A DNA stretch of 64,000 bases from Bacteroidota bacterium (GCA_026391355.1 JAPLDH010000033.1:4505-68504), one strand, 5' to 3'. Shown: positions 18,481-29,410, counted from the stretch's first letter. Program-made: numbers and translations. Notes: generated by a model from the letters alone, not told the origin.

Positions 18481-19476
18481 ATGAAAAAAATATTAGTTAC
18501 CGGCGGTTTTGGGTTTTTAGGATCCCATATTATTGAAGCGTTATTATCCGATCCTGAAAATCACGTTCATGTGGTGGATAATCTCTCAACAAACCCATTG
18601 CCACTTGATTTTCTGCTTTCAATCATCAAAAACAAAAAACATCTTACCTACGATATTAAGAATCTGATCGATTTCAATCCAACGGAAAGTTTCGACGAGA
18701 TCTATCACCTCGCTGCAATTGTAGGACCGGCGGGAGTGCTGAAACATCCCGGCAGGATTGTAAAAAACACGGTTGATGATACTTATCATGTTATGGATAT
18801 GGCCCAAAGAATGGATGCAAGGCTTCTTGATGTTTCGACCAGCGAGATTTACGGAGGTGGCAGGGATGGTTTTTGCAGTGAATTCATGTCAAAGATCATT
18901 CAACCGGAAATAACCATCCGGCTTGAATATGCCATTGCCAAACTGGCCTCTGAGATTGCTCTTGTAAACAAGGTTAATTCAAGCAACCTGAATGCTGTGA
19001 TCGTTCGTCCTTTCAATATTTCAGGACCCCGTCAATCAGGAAAAGGCGGTTTCGTCCTTCCAAGGTTCATCCTGCAGGCGATAAACAATAAACCGCTCAC
19101 TGTTTTCGGGAAAGGTGACCAGGTAAGGGCATTTACCCATGTAAAAGATGTTGCAGCCGGAATTATCAATGCAATGCAGATGGGTCGGATGGGAGAAGCC
19201 TATAATATTGGTAATATGGGTAACAAAACTACGATCCTGCACCTTGCCGAAGATGTGATCCGTTATACCAACAGTAAAAGTGCGATCATATTCGTTGATC
19301 CGAAAACAATTTATGGTGAGAAATATGCCGAGGCCAACGACAAATATCCTGATGATACCAAATCAGGAATGGAGATCGAATGGAAACCAAAATTCAGCAA
19401 GCGTGATGTAATTGAAGACACCTATACTTTCATGTCTTCCATTAAAGATCCGAAAATTCTTGAATACCTTTCCTGA
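18481..19476 (+). CDS. NAD-dependent epimerase/dehydratase (UDP-GlcA decarboxylase-like extended SDR)
   Basis: TGGFGFLG, STSEIYG, YAIAK, RPFNISGPRQ. Confidence 0.88.
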   Translation: MKKILVTGGFGFLGSHIIEALLSDPENHVHVVDNLSTNPLPLDFLLSIIKNKKHLTYDIKNLIDFNPTESFDEIYHLAAIVGPAGVLKHPGRIVKNTVDDTYHVMDMAQRMDARLLDVSTSEIYGGGRDGFCSEFMSKIIQPEITIRLEYAIAKLASEIALVNKVNSSNLNAVIVRPFNISGPRQSGKGGFVLPRFILQAINNKPLTVFGKGDQVRAFTHVKDVAAGIINAMQMGRMGEAYNIGNMGNKTTILHLAEDVIRYTNSKSAIIFVDPKTIYGEKYAEANDKYPDDTKSGMEIEWKPKFSKRDVIEDTYTFMSSIKDPKILEYLS

Positions 19477-19515
19477 TAGATCTGTTATTGGTGTTAACAC
19501 CCAACTTATTTTATA

Positions 19516-20175
19516 ATGAAGAATGGAAAATATATTCGTTCGGTTATCCGGTCGGTCTTTTTTAATCTGAAGTATTTCCCACTTTTGCAGGCTATAAAAC
19601 TGCCTGTTCTTCTTACACCGAATGTTTACCTCAAAGTAACAAAGGGAAAAATTACCATAACGGCTCCCATAAGAACAGGAATGATCAGGATCGGTGAGGA
19701 AGGGGTTGGGATATTTGATTATAAGCATTCGAGAGCCATTTGGGAAGTCTGGGGTGAAGTAATTTTTCAAGGTACTGCAAGAATTGGTCATGGAAGCAAG
19801 ATATCTGTCGGGGAAGCAGGTAAATTGACCATTGGCGATGAATTCCTGAACTCAGCAGAATCAACAATTTGCTGTTTCAATGAGATAACCTTCGGACGTC
19901 ATTGTTTCCTGAGTTGGGATATCCTGATTATGGATACCGATTATCACAAAATCACCGATACTGAAGGAAAGGTAATAAATCCTGACACACCGGTACATAT
20001 CGGGGAAAACGTTTGGATTGGCTGTCGTTCTGTAATACTTAAAGGAAGTAGCATTAATGATAATAATATCATAGCTGCGGGATCCCTGATTAGCGGCACG
20101 ATTAACGGACAAAACCAGGTAATTGGAGGGGTTCCTGCCAAGGTGATCCGGACCGGTGTAAACTGGATCCCATAA
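19516..20175 (+). CDS. Hexapeptide-repeat (LbH) O-acetyltransferase
   Basis: DTDYH, IGENVWIG, GGVPAKVI. Confidence 0.88.
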   Translation: MKNGKYIRSVIRSVFFNLKYFPLLQAIKLPVLLTPNVYLKVTKGKITITAPIRTGMIRIGEEGVGIFDYKHSRAIWEVWGEVIFQGTARIGHGSKISVGEAGKLTIGDEFLNSAESTICCFNEITFGRHCFLSWDILIMDTDYHKITDTEGKVINPDTPVHIGENVWIGCRSVILKGSSINDNNIIAAGSLISGTINGQNQVIGGVPAKVIRTGVNWIP

Positions 20176-20241
20176 TGATTCTCAAATCCAATCAGCCAGG
20201 GTAACCCCTGTGTTCCCGGGTTTCTTGTCAATCATCCGGAA

Positions 20242-21462
20242 ATGAAAGCAATTCTACTGATAAACAATTATCCGAATCTTGCCAGTGGGGCGATGAAGAG
20301 ATATCTTGCCCTGTATAACTTTATTGCAAAGGAAAGAGATGACTATTGCCTGATCATCAATCAGGAAATCTATGATTTGTGCAGACCTGTTAATGTATTA
20401 AATACCGACAAGAATGTATTTGTCATCCGGATTCACACCTTTCAGAAACCCGCCACGCCTTCCCCTGCTTCTCCGTCCGGAACAACTTCCGGTGAACCTG
20501 CAACCGATTTCAAAACAAGACAACCCGGCAAGATCCGGATCTTCCTTGGACACTCAAAGTATTTCCTGAAGTTATTCCTCTTCTGGTTTTCTTTTGCAAT
20601 CCGTTTTACCGGCATTATAAGGAAATATAAAATCTTCCATGTATATGCGGTATGGACCGGCGGAATGTGGGCCTGGCCATTAAAGAAAATACTCCGTTTC
20701 AGACTTTATTACAGTGCAAACGGATATCTCTATACCCATATGGACAAAAGTCTCTTTTATTTCTTCGATACAGAATACTGGATATTCAAGTATGCCGATA
20801 AAATTGATTTTTTATCCGCTTATATGGTTGAGCTTCTTGAAAAAAAAATAGGAAAAATATCTCCTTTAAGAATATCCGTTTCGCCCAACAGCTTTATCAG
20901 TTACGAAAATTTCTATCCCGAATACCCAAAATCAGAAACGGTCATCTTTATGGCAAGGTTGTACTGGGATAAAAATCCATTGGTATTCCTGGAAGCTGTA
21001 AAGATTTTCAACCAGTCGTATCCTTCGTTCAAAAATGTTGAATTCCTGGTCCTTGGTGAAGGACCTATGGAGAAAGAAGTTCGTACATATGCAATTGCCA
21101 ATAATCTTGTCAATGTTCATTTTACAGGTTCAGTCGCAAGACCTTTTGAGTATCTCAGAAAATCTAAAATTTTTGTCTCTATTCAAATCGGAAATAACTA
21201 TCCAAGTCAGTCTCTGATGGAAGCAATGGCTTGTGAGAATGTGATCATTGCAACGGATGTCGGGGAAACCAGGTTACTGGTTACAGAAAATGAAGGAGTG
21301 CTTATTCCTCTTAATGCAAATGACCTGGCCAATGCTTTACTGAAACTCATCAGTAACCCCCAACTGATAAGTGACCTGGGGAAAAATGCCCGTTTATCGG
21401 TATTGACCAATCATTCGGTTGAACGGTTTGCACAATATTTTTACCAATTAAATGAAGAATGA
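20242..21462 (+). CDS. Glycosyltransferase family 4
   Basis: ARL..DK, SLMEAMACE...ATDVG. Confidence 0.88.
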   Translation: MKAILLINNYPNLASGAMKRYLALYNFIAKERDDYCLIINQEIYDLCRPVNVLNTDKNVFVIRIHTFQKPATPSPASPSGTTSGEPATDFKTRQPGKIRIFLGHSKYFLKLFLFWFSFAIRFTGIIRKYKIFHVYAVWTGGMWAWPLKKILRFRLYYSANGYLYTHMDKSLFYFFDTEYWIFKYADKIDFLSAYMVELLEKKIGKISPLRISVSPNSFISYENFYPEYPKSETVIFMARLYWDKNPLVFLEAVKIFNQSYPSFKNVEFLVLGEGPMEKEVRTYAIANNLVNVHFTGSVARPFEYLRKSKIFVSIQIGNNYPSQSLMEAMACENVIIATDVGETRLLVTENEGVLIPLNANDLANALLKLISNPQLISDLGKNARLSVLTNHSVERFAQYFYQLNEE

Positions 21463-21479
21463 TCTGTTAACACAACCCG

Positions 21480-22511
21480 TTGAAAGTAAGCATCTGTTAT
21501 TCTTTTACTGAAATCCCCGGTCATAAAGATCTGGAGGATAAAATTCCGATTTTTGCATTGCCTGTTTTTACAGATTGGATGACAATTGAGAAAGGATACA
21601 GATCTTTATGGTTTTTTGGAGAAAACGGACCCTCCTCACAATGGTTGATCCCATTTTCCATCATGAAAAAAGGCGGTTTCAAAAAGGGGATGTTTCTTAC
21701 GCAAACCATTAGATTGGGGACAGGGGATGTGATAACGGAAGAAAAGTTGTTTTTGGAAATGGTTATTGACTCCATTAAAAAGGAAAAGCTTTGTGATTGG
21801 ATCCAGCAACCTCCCAATTGGGCAATATTCAGAACTTTTCCTGATAAAGCGATAACCGCACCATTCGGAACTTATATTGTGGATCTTGAATTAAAAACAG
21901 AACAAGAGCTTTTTCAGAATATAAAAACAAACAGCCGGGGCGACCTCCGGAAAGCTTATTTATTGGAGACTACTCTTGAACCCGGTGAAAGATGTCTTGA
22001 AGATCTTTATACGCTGATAAAAACCACATCCGGCAGGGCTCGCATCTCGTACCCTGATTTTGAACAGTTCAAACTGTTCCACGAGCATTTTAAGAATCAT
22101 ATTAAGAGTTATATTACATATTATCAAGGCGTTCCTCAATCAGGGGTGGTATTTCTTTACACCTCTTATTGTATTTATGCTATGTATGCCGGATCCGTGA
22201 AAAATCCGTCCCGTGGAAGTACCTTAATGTTATATTGGGAAATTGCTATTAAAGGAGCCCGGGAAAATAATATCAGGAAGTTTGATTTTGTCGGGGCTCT
22301 GCTCAATACAAAACCGGGATCACCTGATGACCGGATTCAAAAATTCAAGGAAAGCCTTGGAACTGAATTAAAAAAAGGTTATATCTGGAAATATATAATC
22401 TCCAAACAAAAATATCAGGTCTATTTATGGTACCTGAAAATACTTGGCCTCTACCGCAGGCAGGGTCCGGTGAGGGTGGATATCATTGACAGGATTCTCC
22501 ATGAGAAATAA
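21480..22511 (+). CDS. FemAB-like GNAT (putative aminoacyl transferase)
   Basis: GTYIVDL, YAGS, LYWEIA, FDFVGA and IQKFKESLG FemAB C-terminal motifs; TTG start. Confidence 0.8.
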   Translation: MKVSICYSFTEIPGHKDLEDKIPIFALPVFTDWMTIEKGYRSLWFFGENGPSSQWLIPFSIMKKGGFKKGMFLTQTIRLGTGDVITEEKLFLEMVIDSIKKEKLCDWIQQPPNWAIFRTFPDKAITAPFGTYIVDLELKTEQELFQNIKTNSRGDLRKAYLLETTLEPGERCLEDLYTLIKTTSGRARISYPDFEQFKLFHEHFKNHIKSYITYYQGVPQSGVVFLYTSYCIYAMYAGSVKNPSRGSTLMLYWEIAIKGARENNIRKFDFVGALLNTKPGSPDDRIQKFKESLGTELKKGYIWKYIISKQKYQVYLWYLKILGLYRRQGPVRVDIIDRILHEK

Positions 22512-23571
22512 TCGTATAAAAAATATCATCCTGACGATTGACTATGAGGTTTTCTTCGGAGAAAAAGCAGGGACAGTTGATTCCTGCATGATCAGACCAA
22601 CCAAACTTCTTTCAGATCTGTTGACAAAATATCAATCAAAGATGACTGTCTTCTGGGATATCCTGCATTACTGGAAATTAATCGAACTTGCACCTCGCCA
22701 CCCCGAATTGACTGAAGACCTGCTGAAAATAGAAACACAGGTATCAGAAATGGTAAAGGCAGGTCACGATATTCAGTTGCATATTCATCCCCATTGGCTG
22801 GATACCTCATATGATCAGGGAAAATGGAATTTTGACCTGACAGGTTACCGGCTTCATTCCCTTTCCCCGTCAGTGGAGCCGGAGAATATTCGTTCCATAA
22901 CCGGATGCATCACCATCTGTAAGAACCTTATTGAATCAGTATGCCGGAAAAGCAATCCGGATCATAAGGTCATTGCTTTCCGGGCCGGTGGATATTGTAT
23001 TCAACCATTTTCATCACTGGAAAAACCACTTGCCGGAAATGGAATATTCATCGATTCAAGTGTATGTTACGGTTTCAGGTTCGATCACGGTCATCATTCT
23101 TACGATTTTACAAGTATTCCTGACAAAACTGAGTACAGGTTCCAGGCAGAAGTTGAATCGGAGGACCCCCGGGGCAATTTTATTGAACTTCCGATCGGAT
23201 CCATGAAAGCCTCACCTTTCCAGGTCTTGTGGTGGGCTTTCCTACTTCGCACAAAATATAAAGATCTTGGAAGTTTTGGTGAGGATATGACCATTGAAAA
23301 TACAATGAGGACAGATGAAGATTACCCCCGTTTATCTTTTCTTTCGAAGTTGATCAGCACATTCTGGGAACCCAGGTTCATCATGCTGACTCCCGATAAT
23401 TTTTTTAGAGAAAAGTTTGATTACCTGGTCAAAAGTGCAAAAGATGGAGCGGTGATGATCCTTCACCCGAAATACCTTAATGAACATACACTGGGTTTGC
23501 TTGAGAAACACCTGGGTACCGGTCGGATAAGTTTTAGTTCCTTAAATGAAAAATATAAAAATAATGGATAA
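22501..23571 (+). CDS. Polysaccharide deacetylase (NodB-like)
   Basis: LTIDYE, HDIQLHIHPHW, AFRAGG, DSSV, LHPK. Confidence 0.8.
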   Translation: MRNNRIKNIILTIDYEVFFGEKAGTVDSCMIRPTKLLSDLLTKYQSKMTVFWDILHYWKLIELAPRHPELTEDLLKIETQVSEMVKAGHDIQLHIHPHWLDTSYDQGKWNFDLTGYRLHSLSPSVEPENIRSITGCITICKNLIESVCRKSNPDHKVIAFRAGGYCIQPFSSLEKPLAGNGIFIDSSVCYGFRFDHGHHSYDFTSIPDKTEYRFQAEVESEDPRGNFIELPIGSMKASPFQVLWWAFLLRTKYKDLGSFGEDMTIENTMRTDEDYPRLSFLSKLISTFWEPRFIMLTPDNFFREKFDYLVKSAKDGAVMILHPKYLNEHTLGLLEKHLGTGRISFSSLNEKYKNNG

Positions 23572-24490
23572 AAAGGTTGCCGTTCTGCTTGTTGTAACGA
23601 ATGAAGCGCATCATATGAAGACACACTTCAATTCGCTGAAGAATCAGACTTATAAAAATATTTCAGTTTATGTTACTGATAACAACTCTAAAGATAATTC
23701 CGTGGAATTGATCAGGGAATTATACCCGGAAGCCAATATCAATTCATTTTCTGAAAATACAGGCTTCGCAAGAGGAAATAATATTGCAGCAAAACATGCA
23801 TATGATGACGGAGCTGATTACCTTTTCATACTGAACCCTGATATCGAACTGGACCCGGAATGCATTGAACAACTTGTTTTGTTTTCAGAACAGAACAAGC
23901 AAATTGGCCTTGTTGCCCCGGTTATGTTCTACGGCCTGGAAAAAAAGTCGAAGAACATCATTCAATCTTATGATGATCATGTAAATTTCTATACAAGTGG
24001 CAGTCATTCTCCCCATGCAGAACTGGTTTTTAATGCTGATACCATTCCTGTGATCATTGAAACATCGATGACCGGTGGCGGGATAACCTTTATGAAACGT
24101 GAGGTTTATCAAAAAATCGGGCTGTTTGAAGAGAGTTATTTTATTTATAACGACGAGATTGATCTAGCCTACAGGGTAAAAAAAGCCGGATATAAAATGT
24201 TTGCAACACATCGCGCAAAAGTATGGCACCATCATAACTGGAGTCAGAAAAACAAAATTCAGCACCGTTTAATGTATTACTATATGACGAGAAATCGTTT
24301 TCTCTACTTTAAACAATATCATTTATACTCCTATTTATTGTATAATATTATGCTTGAAATATTCCTGATGCCTTTAAAAATCCGGTGGGCATTAAGAACA
24401 TCTGACCTCAGGTTCCTGAGATTCTACTACCTCGGGATTGTAAGAGGAATCGCAGGTGAAAAAGGAGAAACAAACCGAAGCTTTGAATAG
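23564..24490 (+). CDS. Glycosyltransferase family 2
   Basis: DNNSKD, GFARGNN, LNPD, F.YNDEIDL. Confidence 0.9.
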   Translation: MDKKVAVLLVVTNEAHHMKTHFNSLKNQTYKNISVYVTDNNSKDNSVELIRELYPEANINSFSENTGFARGNNIAAKHAYDDGADYLFILNPDIELDPECIEQLVLFSEQNKQIGLVAPVMFYGLEKKSKNIIQSYDDHVNFYTSGSHSPHAELVFNADTIPVIIETSMTGGGITFMKREVYQKIGLFEESYFIYNDEIDLAYRVKKAGYKMFATHRAKVWHHHNWSQKNKIQHRLMYYYMTRNRFLYFKQYHLYSYLLYNIMLEIFLMPLKIRWALRTSDLRFLRFYYLGIVRGIAGEKGETNRSFE

Positions 24491-24491
24491 T

Positions 24492-25631
24492 ATGTTAAAG
24501 ACCCTTTTTGTATTTGGTACCCGGCCTGAGGCCATTAAACTGGCACCGGTAATTGAAGAATTCCGCAAGCACAGGGATCGTTTCGAAATGAAAGTATGCC
24601 TGACAGCACAACACAGACAAATGCTTGACCAGGTGGTTGACTTCTTCTCCATACCGGTGGATTATGACCTTGACCTTATGCGCGACAATCAGTCGTTGTC
24701 TGAACTTGCTGCGAATTGCCTCATTGGTCTTAACCAGGTGTTGATGACTTTCAAACCCGACATTATCTTTGTACAGGGAGATACAACCAGCTCATTCATC
24801 GGGGCTCTTGCCGGATATTTTCACCACATCAAAGTTGCCCACATAGAAGCCGGGTTAAGGAGTGGTGACAAATTCTCCCCTTTCCCGGAAGAGATAAACC
24901 GAATCCTCACCGGGCATATTGCTGATTATCATTTTGCTCCAACGGAGACTGCAAAAGAAAATCTTATCCGGGAGGGTATCCGGGAAAATATCATGGTTGT
25001 TGGCAATACCGTGGTGGATGCACTTATGGAAGCGATGAAACGTATTCAGGAACAGGACCCGGAAATCTACAGGAAATTCTTCCATTTTGTGGATTTTTCA
25101 AAAAAACTGATTCTTATTACGGGTCACCGTCGCGAAAGCTTCGGAGAACCATTTAAAAACATCTGCAGGGCAATAAAGGAGATTGCTTTGAAACATAATG
25201 ATGTGGAGGTTATTTATCCGGTACATCTCAATCCAAATGTTTCAAAACCAGTAAATGCGATTTTATCTGGGATTGATAGAATTCACCTGATTGACCCTGT
25301 CGATTACCCTCATTTGATCTGGCTGATGTCGAACTGTTATCTTGTTCTGACCGATTCCGGTGGCATCCAGGAAGAAGCCCCCACCCTGAAAAAGCCCGTG
25401 CTGATCATGCGGAATCATACTGAAAGAACAGAAGGAATTGCCTCTGGTTCTGCCAGACTTGTTGGCACATTTACACATGAAATTGTAGAAGCTGCAAACG
25501 ATCTGTTAACAAACAATGTACATTACCTTGAAATGACAAAATCACCCAACCCATATGGCGATGGACTTGCTTCCGGGAGAATTGCCAGGTTTTTTCTTGA
25601 TATCCATGACGAAAAGAATTGCATTCCTTAA
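24492..25631 (+). CDS. wecB: UDP-N-acetylglucosamine 2-epimerase (non-hydrolysing)
   Basis: FGTRPEAIKLAP, AQHRQMLDQV, QGDTT, HRRESFG, DSGGIQEEAP, NPYGDG. Confidence 0.95.
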   Translation: MLKTLFVFGTRPEAIKLAPVIEEFRKHRDRFEMKVCLTAQHRQMLDQVVDFFSIPVDYDLDLMRDNQSLSELAANCLIGLNQVLMTFKPDIIFVQGDTTSSFIGALAGYFHHIKVAHIEAGLRSGDKFSPFPEEINRILTGHIADYHFAPTETAKENLIREGIRENIMVVGNTVVDALMEAMKRIQEQDPEIYRKFFHFVDFSKKLILITGHRRESFGEPFKNICRAIKEIALKHNDVEVIYPVHLNPNVSKPVNAILSGIDRIHLIDPVDYPHLIWLMSNCYLVLTDSGGIQEEAPTLKKPVLIMRNHTERTEGIASGSARLVGTFTHEIVEAANDLLTNNVHYLEMTKSPNPYGDGLASGRIARFFLDIHDEKNCIP

Positions 25632-26823
25632 TTACAACCAGTTGCCCTTCAGCAACACAGCTCATTCGATGTGCTTTACAAACCTGTTTTACCGGTTTGT
25701 GGATCAATTTTACTTAACCGGCCATAAGGAGGATGATATTGAGATCCACCTGCTTGGCCTTTCCATAAAACCGGAGGAACTCGAAACACCAAACGCAAAC
25801 TTTGATTATTATAAGAACAATTATGCCGGTAAGGTAACATCCCTTTTCACGCAAAAAAAATACTTAAACTCCCGATCCGGACCTAATGTTTTCTATGGAT
25901 TTCTCGAATTTATCCGAACTTCCTGGTTATTGCGTAAATATCTGAAGTCAAACCGGATCGATACTGTGGTATGTTACAGTGATGCAGCATTTTATATTAT
26001 TTTCTTTAGCCTCACCCTCAATGTTGATTTTATATTTGATTGTAAGGGTGACCGGATTTCAGAGCTGATATATGACGGAAGATCTACGGTATTTACTAAG
26101 GTCAATGATCTCTACCAGAACTTCCTCCTCAGGAGAATCAGGAAGATTCTTATATCCTCGACAACGCTTGAGGACCTCTATATAGATCGATGCAAAAAGG
26201 CAAGATTCATTGAGAATACAAATTATTATGATGATAAATTTATCCGGCACCAGGGTTCCTTAAAACCTGGAAGGAAAACCAGGTTTGTTTACTCAGGAAG
26301 CACGGTAAGATACCAGATGTTTGACGAAACTTTGTTATTATTCAAATATTATCACGATAAATACCCTGATTCAGAGTTGTTGCTCCTGATCAGGGATGAT
26401 CATGCAAAAGTGCGGGAGAAGATCGAATTTGCAGGTCTTGATCAGCAGTCGGTGATCCTGGCATTTGCTCCATCCCTCAAAGAACTGAATGATTATCTTA
26501 ATACTTGCGATATTGCAATAATGTTGAGGGATTCTGTCAAAATAAATTTTTATGCTTTCCCTACAAAATTCGCTGAATATCTTGCCGCAGGCCTCCCGGT
26601 CATCGGAACCATCGGTGTTTATGATACGTGGAATGTGATCAGACAGAATGACCTTGGAGTAATTATTAACCTGGAACATCCCCTGAACGAAGAGATTCCT
26701 AAAATACATGACTTTATCAGCAGGGTCACCCCGGAATTCAAATGTCGTTGTGCAGATTGGGCTTTGCAGCATCTTAGCTGGAATCATAATATTCAAAGGA
26801 TTTACGATGAAATTGTTGAATGA
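25606..26823 (+). CDS. Glycosyltransferase family 4
   Basis: YSGS, FPTKFAEYLAAGLPVI. Confidence 0.85.
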   Translation: MTKRIAFLNYNQLPFSNTAHSMCFTNLFYRFVDQFYLTGHKEDDIEIHLLGLSIKPEELETPNANFDYYKNNYAGKVTSLFTQKKYLNSRSGPNVFYGFLEFIRTSWLLRKYLKSNRIDTVVCYSDAAFYIIFFSLTLNVDFIFDCKGDRISELIYDGRSTVFTKVNDLYQNFLLRRIRKILISSTTLEDLYIDRCKKARFIENTNYYDDKFIRHQGSLKPGRKTRFVYSGSTVRYQMFDETLLLFKYYHDKYPDSELLLLIRDDHAKVREKIEFAGLDQQSVILAFAPSLKELNDYLNTCDIAIMLRDSVKINFYAFPTKFAEYLAAGLPVIGTIGVYDTWNVIRQNDLGVIINLEHPLNEEIPKIHDFISRVTPEFKCRCADWALQHLSWNHNIQRIYDEIVE

Positions 26824-27821
26824 TGACAGCCGGTTTAACCCGTGATCTGTTAAGTAAAATAGTGGTGAAAGTGCTGATTGTTTGCAGCGGGAATACAAAA
26901 GATGGAACTATATTTGATTTCCACCTCCACCAGGCTTTTATTTTTGAGCAGATTGAAGCAGTAAAAGAGCAATTCGAAATATCCTACAGCACTTTTTTCA
27001 TTCAAGGTCACGGGGTAATTGGCTATTTGAGAAACCTTTCCTCCCTGAAAAGAAAAATAAGGGAATACAATCCTGATATCGTTCATGCACATTTTGTGAC
27101 CAGTGCACTCCTGGCCGTTTTACAAAGACAAAAACCGGTCATCGTAACTTATCATGGCTCGGATATCAACGATAAAAAGATCCGGTTTTTCTCAGTGATT
27201 ATAATGCTTTTTTCTAATTGGAGTGTTTTTGTCTCTGAAAAACTATTCAATAAATCCTTTTTCAAAAATGCTCACCGGAGTTCTGTGATCCCCTGCGGGA
27301 TTGATCTAACGACCTTTTTCCCGGTTCAAAAGGCTGATGCCCGACAATCTTTAAAATGGGATCCTCAACGAAAAATCGTTCTATTCTGTTCATCTTTTAA
27401 TAACCATGACAAGAATCCAAAACTCGCAAGAGCTGCAATGGAATTTTTCCCCGATACAACGTTGGTCGAACTTAAAAATAAAACCCGTCAGGATGTAAAT
27501 CTCATGCTCAATGCATGTGATCTCCTGTTATTAACCTCATTTTCTGAGGGATCTCCTCAAATTATCAAAGAAGCCATGGCTTGTAACTGTCCAATTGTTG
27601 CCACTGATGTAGGTGATATCAGAGAGGTGACAGGTGCGACAGAAGGTTGTTTTATCACTACCTTTGCTCCCGCAGAAGTGGCTGAGAAAATAAGGATGGC
27701 ATTGGCATTCGGGCAAAGAACTAAAGGCAGGGACCAGGTTGCGAAGTTTGATAATATGGTTGTAGTCCGTAAATTATTTGATGTTTATCAGGGAATTATT
27801 AAGAAGAGGACTGACACCTGA
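26820..27821 (+). CDS. Glycosyltransferase family 4
   Basis: HGSD, SEGSPQIIKEAMACNCPIVATDVGD; alternative GTG start at 26865. Confidence 0.9.
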   Translation: MMTAGLTRDLLSKIVVKVLIVCSGNTKDGTIFDFHLHQAFIFEQIEAVKEQFEISYSTFFIQGHGVIGYLRNLSSLKRKIREYNPDIVHAHFVTSALLAVLQRQKPVIVTYHGSDINDKKIRFFSVIIMLFSNWSVFVSEKLFNKSFFKNAHRSSVIPCGIDLTTFFPVQKADARQSLKWDPQRKIVLFCSSFNNHDKNPKLARAAMEFFPDTTLVELKNKTRQDVNLMLNACDLLLLTSFSEGSPQIIKEAMACNCPIVATDVGDIREVTGATEGCFITTFAPAEVAEKIRMALAFGQRTKGRDQVAKFDNMVVVRKLFDVYQGIIKKRTDT

Positions 27822-27878
27822 GATATATTAACAAAAGCTTTTATTGGATATTTACTGTAGTATTGAATTAATGTTTCA

Positions 27879-28451
27879 ATGAAGATCTATAAAGATTTTT
27901 TACTATTGGATATTATATCCAGGTTAAAGTTAAGAATATTGGATTACATGCTTATACCTTATTGGAAAATAAGGTTAAAGAAAATTGGTAAAAATTCAAG
28001 AATTAAACCAGGCGTTAAAATCGTTGGAAATGCTAAACGAGTAATAATTGGTGACAACTTTAAAATCTGGCATCGTGCTTTGTTTGGTGTGGGAACCGGA
28101 TTCATAATTATTGGTGATAATGGTCATATTGGTGTTGATACTTATATAAATGCTTCTGAAGGAAGAGTGACGATTGGTAATAATGTACAGATTGGATCAA
28201 AAGTGCAGATTTACTCTTATTCATTTGGTATTGAAAAGAAAGACAATGGTTCTTATGAACCCTATTTTGGCAAACCCGATGATGTAATAATTAAAGATAA
28301 TGTCGTTATTTCATCTGGTGCAATAATTTTATCAGGTGTTACAATAAACGAAGGTGCAATTATTGGTGCCGGTGCAGTTGTTACCCATGATATCCCGGAA
28401 TATTCGGTTGCTGTTGGAGTACCAGCTAAAGTTATTAAAAAGCTGAGATAA
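27879..28451 (+). CDS. Hexapeptide-repeat (LbH) acetyltransferase
   Basis: IGAGAVVTHDIP...VGVPAKVI. Confidence 0.88.
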   Translation: MKIYKDFLLLDIISRLKLRILDYMLIPYWKIRLKKIGKNSRIKPGVKIVGNAKRVIIGDNFKIWHRALFGVGTGFIIIGDNGHIGVDTYINASEGRVTIGNNVQIGSKVQIYSYSFGIEKKDNGSYEPYFGKPDDVIIKDNVVISSGAIILSGVTINEGAIIGAGAVVTHDIPEYSVAVGVPAKVIKKLR

Positions 28452-28480
28452 TTTTTCAACAATAATAGGAAAGAGTTAAA

Positions 28481-29410
28481 GTGAAATTTCTTGTAACCGG
28501 GGGAGCCGGCTTTATCGGATCACACCTTTGTGAAGCTTTGATAAATCAGAATATTACAGTAATTGTGATTGATGATCTTTCTTCGGGGTTTGAAAACAAT
28601 CTTGTAAAGGATGACAACTTAGACTTGATAACAGATAAAATTCAGAATGTCCGATTAGAAGCATTTTCAAATATAACCGGTATCTTTCATTTAGCTGCCC
28701 AGGCATCTGTTCCGGTATCGATTAAAGAGTTTTATTCGAGCAGCCTGAATAATTTGCAGAGTACTCTCAGGGTCTTTGATATTGCTCGAGAGTTGAAAAT
28801 CCCGGTTGTTTTTGCCTCCTCCTCTGCAATTTATGGAAATTTACCTCTGGGTGATGACAGTACAGGGATATATGAAATTCTTTCACCTTATGCACAGGAC
28901 AAACTGACTATGGAACACTATGCAAAACTATGTTATGATCTTTATAACATTGGTTCTATAGGACTTCGGTTTTTTAATGTCTATGGGCCAAAACAGGATC
29001 CCAAAAGCCCCTATTCCGGTGTAATTTCAATTTTTATGGATAAATTTATAAACCATGAAAAGGTCGTCATTAATGGAGGATATCAGACAAGAGATTTCGT
29101 CTACGTCAAGGATGTTGTGGATGTTATGATAAAGTCGATGCATATACTATTAACTGAAAAAAAATGTATGAATATTAATGTAGGAACTGGAAATGCAATT
29201 TCAATTGATTGTTTATATGAGAAGTTGGCTGAAATTTTTAATTACAGACCAGAAATTATTCATAGGGAACTCGATCACAGTGATCCTGAAAGATCTGATG
29301 GTAGTTTTGAAAATCTTCTGACAAAACTTTCCATTAACAACAATGATTTTATCTCCATCGAAAAAGGATTACTTGAAACAGTAAATTACTACACAAAAAA
29401 CCTGAATTGA
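28481..29410 (+). CDS. NAD-dependent epimerase (UDP-hexose/HexNAc 4-epimerase-like)
   Basis: TGGAGFIGSH, SPYAQDK, RFFNVYGPKQDP, QTRDFVYV. Confidence 0.9.
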   Translation: MKFLVTGGAGFIGSHLCEALINQNITVIVIDDLSSGFENNLVKDDNLDLITDKIQNVRLEAFSNITGIFHLAAQASVPVSIKEFYSSSLNNLQSTLRVFDIARELKIPVVFASSSAIYGNLPLGDDSTGIYEILSPYAQDKLTMEHYAKLCYDLYNIGSIGLRFFNVYGPKQDPKSPYSGVISIFMDKFINHEKVVINGGYQTRDFVYVKDVVDVMIKSMHILLTEKKCMNINVGTGNAISIDCLYEKLAEIFNYRPEIIHRELDHSDPERSDGSFENLLTKLSINNNDFISIEKGLLETVNYYTKNLN

